From: Nostoc sp. PCC 7120 = FACHB-418
GTDB taxonomy: Bacteria; Cyanobacteriota; Cyanobacteriia; Cyanobacteriales; Nostocaceae
Assembly (NCBI RefSeq): GCF_000009705.1
Contig: NC_003272.1
Location: 4,560,001-4,592,000 of the forward strand
DNA length: 32,000 nt
Direction: 5' to 3'
The notes beneath the pieces were generated by a model that saw nothing but the letters and a program-made list of their open reading frames with translations, ran no database searches and was not told the origin of the DNA. Made by a program: the position numbers and the translations under genes. Numbering within the stretch: position 1 is the stretch's first letter; each line of letters opens with the position of its first letter. This document shows, piece after piece, positions 1 to 6,392 of this stretch.

Positions 1-50
1 ACACCGTAGTGGTAATCACCTTCAAATAAAGTACAAATAGCTGTGAGCAT
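1..50 (-). CDS. 5' end of a CDS continuing past the left window edge (product unknown)
   Basis: An ATG at 50..48 (minus) opens the frame MLTAICTLFEGDYHYGV, which is still open at position 1. Only 16 codons are visible, so the product cannot be assigned. Confidence 0.25.
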   Translation of the reverse strand, partial: MLTAICTLFEGDYHYG

Positions 51-469
51 GATGGGTTTAAAGGTATATGAACTTTATGATGAAGGAAAATATTCTCAGT
101 ATGTGATCTTGATGTGCTAGTCACACACTTTCTTAGTCAGATTTTAGATATAAGAGATAATGCTTTTAAAATACTCGGTAGACTGCGATAACAAAAGTTT
201 CAAGCTGGTTGATGTCCGTTAAAGATAACTTAGCAATTATTCGTTAAGTTGCCATTTTGGCAGATTTCTAAATAACAATTTTATCCGTATTTATTATTTA
301 CAATGTAGTTAATTCATTTAGTAAGAATATACACACAGATAACGGATAATTTAAACACCCGTGCAACTTAAAAAAACGGTAATAACTAATAAGTATATTG
401 TCTCTAAATTGTTTTTGATATGGTTTAACACCCTATTCCATTGCAGATAAAATTTTATAATGTATTTTA

Positions 470-493
470 CCAATTACCCATTACCCATTACTT
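470..493. repeat. STRR-type heptamer array (CCATTAC/ATTACCC units)
   Basis: Reads ccaattacccattacccattactt. The same heptamer family recurs at 3559..3590, 4126..4155 (opposite orientation) and 18084..18110. Confidence 0.7.
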
Positions 494-511
494 ATTCTCA
501 CAGAGAATAAG

Positions 512-2635
512 TTAATTGTCTTGCGGGGGATTAGTAAATTCTGGAGTAGGCATGACTGGGATAACTACAGGTTTTGGTGTTGCGGCTTGGAGTTGACGCT
601 GGGCTTCGTCACGGGCGTTAATTGCTTGGCTATAATCTGGTTTATGTTTAATGGCTTGCTCGTAGGATGCGATCGCTTCCTTATATTGTTTTAAACTAAA
701 TAAGGCATTTCCCCGACTATACCAACTTTCAATATGTTTTGGCCGGTAACGCACCGCTTTGTTATAAGATGCGATCGCCTCTTGATATTGCTGTAAAATG
801 TATTGGGAGTTACCTAAACTATACCAAATCTCATAATTACTAGGCTTAATTGTTGCCGCTTTCTTATAAGATTCTATTGCCTCTGCATAGCGTTGATTTT
901 GATGCTGTGACCAACCTCTGCCATACCATGCTTGATAATTATTAGGATTAAATTTTATGACTTGATTAAAAGATTCAAGGGCTTCGGGATAACGGCGTAA
1001 AATAATTAATACGTTACCTCTTGATAACCAAGCTATAGCATAATCTGTTTTATATTGTACTGCCTTATCATAAGCCTTAAAAGCATCTTCGTAACGGTTT
1101 AAATTAACTAATGAATTTCCTAAATTATACCAAGCTCTCTCATAATCTGATTTAATTTCAATGGCTTTATTATAGGCGTTTATGGCTTCATTATATTCTT
1201 TCATGCTTTGCAAAGCCAATCCCTTGTTATAAAAACTCTCATAAGCATCTGAGTTAAATTCAATGGCTTTATCATAAGATTTAATTGCTTGATCATACTG
1301 TTTTAAATTACTAAAAGCTTCCCCTCTAGCATTCCAGACTTCTGGATAATTTTCATTGAGTTGTAAAGCCTTATCAAAAGAGGCGATCGCTTCTGAATAA
1401 CGCTGTAAATTTTGCAAACTAAAACCCCTGCCACTCCAAGCTTCTACATAATCTGGTTGGATTTGAATCGCCTTATCATAAGCTGTCAATGCGTCTTGAT
1501 ATTGTTTGAGCCGAAATAAAGTTTTACCTTTGCCCTGCCAAGCAGGAGCATAATCTGGTCTGATATCAACCGCTTGTTCATAAGCAGATAACGCGTCTTT
1601 ATATCGTTGTAGTTCAAAAAAAGTATTACCTTTTTTCGCTAGGTCTGTAGCATTATTACTATTAATACTATTGACAACAAATACTGAAGCTATACCAGTT
1701 GCACTAGTTAATAAAATTGCTAATAATAGTTTGATGAATATACTTTTTTTAGTGTGATTAAATCTAAATTTGGCAGGTGGTAAAGTGGGAGTTATGGCGA
1801 TCGTATTAGAAGCAGGTTGTGTTAATTCTGTGAGTGCTTGTAATGCAGTCGTCGCCGCCGCATAGCGTTGGCGGAAATCATAACACACCATTTTGTCTAT
1901 AAATCTGGCAAACTCTGACGAGACTTGAGCATGATTTTGCCAGATAATTTCATGAGTATCGGCATCATGTTCTAGTTGATGGGGTAATAATCCCGTGAGT
2001 GCTTGAATTGCAACTATCCCCACAGCATAGATATCACTACTAAATTTGGGATTACCTTGCGCTTGTTCTCCGGGTATGTAACCTGGTGTACCAATAATCA
2101 CAGTAGATTTATTTTCACCAGTGGGGGTCACTATTTGGGTGGTGATTTGCTTCACTGCCCCAAAGTCGATGAGAATTAACTTACCATCCTGTCGCCTAAG
2201 CAAATTTCGCGGATTAATGTCACGGTGAATTACATTTTGCTGATGGACAAATTCCAAGATGGTCAGAATCTCTTGTAATAGTATTGTTACCTCATCTTGA
2301 GTAAAGACCTTTCCTGGCGTTAATTCTTTACTCAGGTCGTGACCAGGGATAAATTCTTGTACCAGATAGAACTCTGCATCTTCCTCAAAATAAGCCAAAA
2401 GCTGAGGAATGCGATCGCAACTTCCCAACTTATATAAAACTTGCGCCTCTGTATCAAATAATCGCCTGGCTATTTCCAACGTAGCCGGATCATTTGCTTG
2501 GGGTTGGAGTTTTTTCACTACGCACTTAGGTAACCCTGGTAGATGAGTATCACAAGCCACAAAAGTTTCACCAAATCCCCCTCCTCCCAAGTGGCTAATA
2601 ATTTGGTATCTTCCAACAAGTGTGTTTCCCAGCAT
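512..2635 (-). CDS. Hanks-type Ser/Thr protein kinase with one TM segment and about 10 C-terminal TPR repeats
   Basis: 707-aa ORF. Kinase motifs: Gly loop GGGGFGETF, VVKK lysine, catalytic loop HRDINPRN, DFG (IDFGAVK), GTPGYIPGE. Hydrophobic segment IFIKLLLAILLTSATGIASVFVV. It is followed by ten 34-aa TPR units (AWQGKGKTL.., AWSGRGFSL.., VWNARGEAF.., AWYNLGNSL.. etc.). Confidence 0.9.
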   Translation of the reverse strand: MLGNTLVGRYQIISHLGGGGFGETFVACDTHLPGLPKCVVKKLQPQANDPATLEIARRLFDTEAQVLYKLGSCDRIPQLLAYFEEDAEFYLVQEFIPGHDLSKELTPGKVFTQDEVTILLQEILTILEFVHQQNVIHRDINPRNLLRRQDGKLILIDFGAVKQITTQIVTPTGENKSTVIIGTPGYIPGEQAQGNPKFSSDIYAVGIVAIQALTGLLPHQLEHDADTHEIIWQNHAQVSSEFARFIDKMVCYDFRQRYAAATTALQALTELTQPASNTIAITPTLPPAKFRFNHTKKSIFIKLLLAILLTSATGIASVFVVNSINSNNATDLAKKGNTFFELQRYKDALSAYEQAVDIRPDYAPAWQGKGKTLFRLKQYQDALTAYDKAIQIQPDYVEAWSGRGFSLQNLQRYSEAIASFDKALQLNENYPEVWNARGEAFSNLKQYDQAIKSYDKAIEFNSDAYESFYNKGLALQSMKEYNEAINAYNKAIEIKSDYERAWYNLGNSLVNLNRYEDAFKAYDKAVQYKTDYAIAWLSRGNVLIILRRYPEALESFNQVIKFNPNNYQAWYGRGWSQHQNQRYAEAIESYKKAATIKPSNYEIWYSLGNSQYILQQYQEAIASYNKAVRYRPKHIESWYSRGNALFSLKQYKEAIASYEQAIKHKPDYSQAINARDEAQRQLQAATPKPVVIPVMPTPEFTNPPQDN

Positions 2636-2695
2636 CCAGTTTACCTACTTGAGTGCATTGTGTCTGATTCCAATCTTGCCACAGATTCTTTAAGG

Positions 2696-2755
2696 TGCGG
2701 GGAGAAGAAGTAGGGAGTATGGGGGAAGAACTAATAACAACTGACCACTAACAAA
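2696..2755 (+). repeat. Composite intergenic repeat: G-tract module (GGGGAAGA) followed by ACAACTG-type heptamers
   Basis: Reads gtgcggggagaagaagtagggagtatgggggaagaactaataacaactgaccactaacaaa. The same architecture and orientation occur at 11894..11937, 12146..12230, 29720..29823 and 31558..31620. Confidence 0.65.
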
Positions 2756-2759
2756 TTTA

Positions 2760-3455
2760 ATGATTCCTATTAGTGATAACTTACATTTTCGTGAACGTCC
2801 GATTATTAATTATTGGTTGATTGGTATTAATATTTTTATCTTCCTCTGGGAAATAAAACTAGAACTGAGTGGTGAATTAGGCTATTTCATTAACACTTGG
2901 GGTTTAGTTCCATCCCAAATTAGTACAGCGCTTCATAATGCACTGATAAATCCTGCGGCTTGGGTAGTAGTGTTTGGGCGTTTATTTTCTTTGTTGTTTG
3001 CCATATTTCTCCACGGCAGTTTTAGCCAAATATTGGGGAATATGTTATTTTTATGGGTGTTTGGTAAAGCAGTAGAGAATATTTTAGGACATAAGCATTA
3101 TTTAGGATTTTATCTGGTCGCTGGCGTTGTCACAGGGTTAGCACAGATTATCATTGAACCAAATTTGACTGTACCACTTGTTGGTGCAAATGGAGCGATC
3201 GCCGCAGTTTTGGGAGCGTATATAATCAAGTTTCCTAATGTTAAAATAGACACCATTTTACCGTTAATTCTTATTTATATTCCCATTGAATTACCTGCTT
3301 CTTTCTATTCATTATGGTGGTATATTCAACAGTTATTCTATGGCATTGGTAGTTTAAACATTCCACCAATGGGAGTCAATCAACCCAGCCTAGCCTACTG
3401 GATGCAGCTTGTAGCCATGACTATTGGCGCAGCCTATATCCGAAAAAAATTCTGA
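2760..3455 (+). CDS. Rhomboid-family membrane protein, predicted catalytically inactive (pseudoprotease)
   Basis: 231-aa polytopic ORF. The rhomboid TM2 motif is FLHGSFSQILGNMLFLWVFG (H-x4-H-x3-N, with the second H replaced by Q90). The GxSG motif reads GANGAI (Asn144 in place of the nucleophile Ser). The TM6 motif AYW-A-H-x-GG reads AYWMQLVAM (Gln216 in place of the catalytic His). Confidence 0.85.
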   Translation: MIPISDNLHFRERPIINYWLIGINIFIFLWEIKLELSGELGYFINTWGLVPSQISTALHNALINPAAWVVVFGRLFSLLFAIFLHGSFSQILGNMLFLWVFGKAVENILGHKHYLGFYLVAGVVTGLAQIIIEPNLTVPLVGANGAIAAVLGAYIIKFPNVKIDTILPLILIYIPIELPASFYSLWWYIQQLFYGIGSLNIPPMGVNQPSLAYWMQLVAMTIGAAYIRKKF

Positions 3456-3558
3456 AACACCTTTTCTGATAAACTCCGCCCTTGATACTCCCTGTCATCC
3501 GTATAAAAACATACGGTTATTGCTAAATACACTTTAGCAGTAGGTAATGGATAATAAT

Positions 3559-3590
3559 CCAATTACCAATTACCCATTACCTGTTACCAA
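3559..3590. repeat. STRR-type heptamer array (AATTACC/CATTACC units)
   Basis: Reads ccaattaccaattacccattacctgttaccaa, in the intergenic region upstream of the 3740 ORF. Confidence 0.7.
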
Positions 3591-3739
3591 AATCCCTATC
3601 CCTTTGTAGTCAAGCATTTCAATGAAATTTGCCCCCCACTAAAATCAGCATTTTTGTTTAAGGAATCTATAATTACTTACCGTTTTGCTACTTCGATATT
3701 ATAGGATGGACGGAGTGTTGTAAGGGGCTTGGGGCTATT

Positions 3740-4087
3740 ATGGCTCGCTATACGTGTTCATTTGTGATTTCTATCCGTTTCGACTATCTCCAGCAATTAC
3801 TTCTAGACTTGTTACAGGACTGTGATTTAGAAATTCAATACCACACACCTGATTACATTTTGGCCCGTGAGATTCCTGGGACTGTTCCTTTTCCTAAATT
3901 GGTAAAAGTGGAAGTACTGATTGATAAATCAACAGCTACCGAGACAGAAAGCCGGATGAGTATTGTGATTAAAAATGAAGAATTACCCCTCTACTTAGAT
4001 AATCACTGCCGGCAAATATTTGACCTTGTTAAGCAGTCCATTGAACGTAGTCGCCATTGGCATCTTCTCGAAAGTCTGGCTGGCTAA
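3740..4087 (+). CDS. Hypothetical protein (115 aa), no recognisable domain
   Basis: Clean ORF with an ATG start and non-repetitive composition, flanked by non-coding repeat DNA. I recognised no motif. Confidence 0.5.
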   Translation: MARYTCSFVISIRFDYLQQLLLDLLQDCDLEIQYHTPDYILAREIPGTVPFPKLVKVEVLIDKSTATETESRMSIVIKNEELPLYLDNHCRQIFDLVKQSIERSRHWHLLESLAG

Positions 4088-4125
4088 CATTGCGGCTCAA
4101 AATTAAAAATTGATATCTGTGGAGT

Positions 4126-4155
4126 TGGTAATTGGTAATTGGTAAAAACCAATTT
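4126..4155. repeat. STRR-type heptamer array (GGTAATT units) ending in a small hairpin aattggt-aaaa-accaatt
   Basis: Reads ttggtaattggtaattggtaaaaaccaatt, immediately downstream of the stop of the 3740..4087 ORF. Confidence 0.6.
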
Positions 4156-4165
4156 GAGCGTTGCC

Positions 4166-4201
4166 AAAATTTAAGTATCTGTAGGGTGGGCAGCGCCCAC
4201 C
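4166..4201 (+). repeat. 36-nt dispersed repeat containing a GC hairpin (ggtgggc-agc-gcccacc)
   Basis: aaaatttaagtatctgtagggtgggcagcgcccacc matches the reverse complement of 28529..28564 at 32 of 36 positions by my manual alignment. Confidence 0.7.
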
Positions 4202-4285
4202 ATATCACAATTTGGGTTGGTGAAACATTCCTTGTATCGCAAGGTAGGTAGAAGCCCCAGCGCCAGTTCTTTCAAGTCGAGAAAC

Positions 4286-4326
4286 CCGCCCACAAGACTA
4301 GCTCCCCCTTGTGGGTGGCTGTTTTT
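4286..4326 (+). terminator. Candidate intrinsic terminator
   Basis: An 11-bp stem (4286..4296 pairs with 4308..4318, including one G-U pair) encloses an 11-nt loop and is followed by ctgttttt. It lies between convergent genes. Confidence 0.45.
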
Positions 4327-4374
4327 AATGCGCGAATTTTGTAGCTTGCTTCCCGTAGGGTATTTTGAATTGAT

Positions 4375-4839
4375 TCATAGTTCTTCTACATCCTCAGTCA
4401 TACCAGGATTGATAAGTGTGATGTCATATTCACTAGCATCTGTTTGTCCTGAACGCTGAGTATTCTTTAACAAGTAGTAAATGGCACGTACTTTCGGGCC
4501 AAAAACTATCTCATCCTCGTTTTTTAAATCATGGGCTGGGAGTTTGCGGCCATTAATCATCAGACCGTTGGCGCTTGCTCTACCTTTACCATCACCATCG
4601 ACAATGCGGTAATAATAACTATTATTTTTTGGCAGTCGCACTAATGTAGCATGGCGACGAGAGACAAACTGCGACACTAAACGAATGTTGGACTCTTTGT
4701 CTCTGCCAATGGAGTATAAAGGCTGGTCTAAAGAAAATTCTTTACGACCTTGGTCGTCTTCAAGAATTAATAGATGACTTTCAAGAGTTTCTGCTGTCAT
4801 TGATACATCTTTGCCACAGTCAGTTGAAGTTGGACTCAT
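4375..4839 (-). CDS. FHA domain-containing protein
   Basis: 154-aa ORF carrying the FHA signature: YSIGRDKESNIRLVSQFVSRRHATL ... ANGLMINGRKL ... EDEIVFG (the G-R, S-x-x-H and N-G core residues). Confidence 0.85.
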   Translation of the reverse strand: MSPTSTDCGKDVSMTAETLESHLLILEDDQGRKEFSLDQPLYSIGRDKESNIRLVSQFVSRRHATLVRLPKNNSYYYRIVDGDGKGRASANGLMINGRKLPAHDLKNEDEIVFGPKVRAIYYLLKNTQRSGQTDASEYDITLINPGMTEDVEEL

Positions 4840-4996
4840 CCAAGTTGCTTTGATTTATCCTAGCTGATTTTTTCCACACCAGCGTTAGCATAGCTTACCG
4901 TGGGTATCGCCTGCATTGGAGCAAGCTAATTATACTCTGCACAATGACACTGATTAGCGATCGCTCCACTGGCCAGAACGCCAGCGCACTTAGATT

Positions 4997-5138
4997 TATA
5001 CTTCCAATAAAATCTCTCGACAAGTTACAGATTCAATCTGTCCGTTTCTTGCAAGTTCTAAACAACTATAAGGACTACCTCGCCAGCCTAACCTGAAAAG
5101 AGCGTATTTGTATCAAAAACAACTATATAAGATATCAT
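4997..5138 (-). pseudogene. Degraded PIN-family toxin gene (frameshift plus truncation)
   Basis: An ATG at 5138..5136 overlaps the TGA of the upstream ORF (ATGA coupling). Frame 0 reads MISYIVVFDTNTLFSG* (PIN N-terminal hhhDTN motif). The +1 frame continues LGWRGSPYSCLELARNGQIESVTCREILLEV*, which resembles the following segment of PIN toxins. The remainder of the domain is absent. Confidence 0.5.
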
Positions 5139-5377
5139 TCTGATTCGTGCGTCAAATCATCTATAAAGTCTTCTCGCTCTTGTTCGGTCATAATATCCCA
5201 ATTAAGCCCGCGTGACGAACTCAAAGAGCGCATCTGTAATTCTCCGTCATCAAGTCTACTTTGCCACCAAGCATCTTGTTCTGCTTTGATGGCTTGTAAT
5301 ATCATACGCTGTTCTGGAACTGCTAATTGCTTTACCAATGATATAACTTGCTCAATATTAAGTTGAAGTGTTGCCAT
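5135..5377 (-). CDS. Putative antitoxin-like small helical protein (80 aa)
   Basis: Intact ORF whose stop overlaps the start of the PIN remnant in the 4-nt ATGA arrangement typical of type II TA operons. The C-terminus is acidic. I recognised no named domain. Confidence 0.5.
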   Translation of the reverse strand: MATLQLNIEQVISLVKQLAVPEQRMILQAIKAEQDAWWQSRLDDGELQMRSLSSSRGLNWDIMTEQEREDFIDDLTHESE

Positions 5378-5497
5378 GTTTTTAGTACCTCAAGCTTCAA
5401 TAATAATGAGACATAGCACATTCTCATGAGATCATCATATCAAGGCGATCGCCACCTTTAACAGAGCGATCGCCGTCTAATTATCTCTGATTCATGA

Positions 5498-5689
5498 CTA
5501 TAGATTGGATTCTGAGGATTGTTTACTCTTTACATCCTGAAAATCTTGAATTTTGGCATATAAACTAGTAACTGTTTCTTGAGAAAACAGCTTTTCTTTC
5601 ACTTGTAAATAATCGCCTTCACTTAGTTTACAGGTTGCCCAAAACTTCATTACTTTAGATGGTTCTAAGTGAGTGAGTAAAACTTGCAT
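5498..5689 (-). CDS. Hypothetical small protein (63 aa)
   Basis: ORF 25 nt downstream of the truncated PIN ORF on the same strand. It has no motif, so it may be non-coding. Confidence 0.25.
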   Translation of the reverse strand: MQVLLTHLEPSKVMKFWATCKLSEGDYLQVKEKLFSQETVTSLYAKIQDFQDVKSKQSSESNL

Positions 5690-5714
5690 TACTTCTTATA
5701 AGTTTTCCTGTTCA

Positions 5715-6032
5715 TTAATTACTTTTATTGTCATTTTCTACCTCAAAAATAAAATTATTTGGATTGATGACTGTGATTGATAAATTCTGACCTCGGTTGA
5801 TTAGTCTCTTGTCGCAAGTGATAAAGTAATCGCTTTGAGAAGCTTCTGCACAAGCTACATGAAGTGCATCAATAGCTTTAACGCCTTCTTGTTCTAGCTG
5901 TTCTGCCCTGTTTCTAATATTTTCATCTACCAATACTCTCAAAGCAGCTATTTGTAAGTATCGATCCATTGATTGTTGATTGACCACAAAAGGGTTACGG
6001 CTATTTTCATATTCTAGAACTGAAGAACTCAC
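5715..6032 (-). CDS. PIN-domain protein fragment, N-terminally truncated (probable pseudogene)
   Basis: The 105-aa ORF keeps the C-terminal PIN motifs (YENSRNPF ... AIDALHVACAEASQSDYFITCDKRL). It lacks the N-terminal segment carrying the first acidic DT(S/C) motif. GC-hairpin repeat DNA (6048..6162) begins 16 nt upstream of its start. Confidence 0.55.
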   Translation of the reverse strand: MSSSVLEYENSRNPFVVNQQSMDRYLQIAALRVLVDENIRNRAEQLEQEGVKAIDALHVACAEASQSDYFITCDKRLINRGQNLSITVINPNNFIFEVENDNKSN

Positions 6033-6047
6033 TAATTCTATAAAAAA

Positions 6048-6162
6048 CCCCTCTCCAAACCTCTCCCCTCCAAGGAGAGAGGCTTCAAAACCTTCATTTT
6101 TCGTTTTGAGCTTTCAAGATATTTAAGCCCCTCTCCGCGTCGGAGAGGGGTTGGGGAGAGGT
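6048..6162 (+). repeat. GC-rich hairpin small dispersed repeats
   Basis: Two modules. One is cccctctccaaacctctcccctccaaggagagagg. The other is gcccctctcc-gcgtc-ggagaggggttggggagaggt, with a perfect 9-bp stem at 6128..6150. The same family occurs at 9255..9288. Confidence 0.75.
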
Positions 6163-6207
6163 CATCTAACTCACGTTTCACAACACCATCATTCGACCTC
6201 AGAACTA

Positions 6208-6354
6208 GAAGATTCTCCTTTGCAGCAAGAACATTCTCACTGGAAACAGGAAAGTTCTCGTTTGAAACAGAAACATTCTCGTTTGCAACACGAAAGTTCG
6301 GGTTCTGAACATGAAACTTTGAGTTCAAAACAGGAAACTTGGAGATAAAAGCTT
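6208..6354. repeat. Degenerate 21-nt tandem repeat, about 7 copies
   Basis: Units read gaagattctcctttgcagcaa / gaacattctcactggaaacag / gaaagttctcgtttgaaacag / aaacattctcgtttgcaacac / gaaagttcgggttctgaacat / gaaactttgagttcaaaacag / gaaacttggagataaaagctt. Confidence 0.7.
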
Positions 6355-6392
6355 GATTGATGCGGTTGGGAAGGTAAATTTTCGTGTTCTCG

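Noticed and set aside
4217-4459. 80-aa plus-strand ORF
   Set aside because: It spans hairpin and terminator-like sequence and then overlaps the 3' end of the well-supported FHA gene in antisense. The composition is not protein-like.
6038-6348. Track ORFs 6038..6328 (-) and 6151..6348 (+), 96 and 65 aa
   Set aside because: Both are translations of the GC-hairpin dispersed repeats and of the 21-nt tandem repeat. They show 7-aa periodic low-complexity sequence and overlap each other on opposite strands, so I do not consider them coding.
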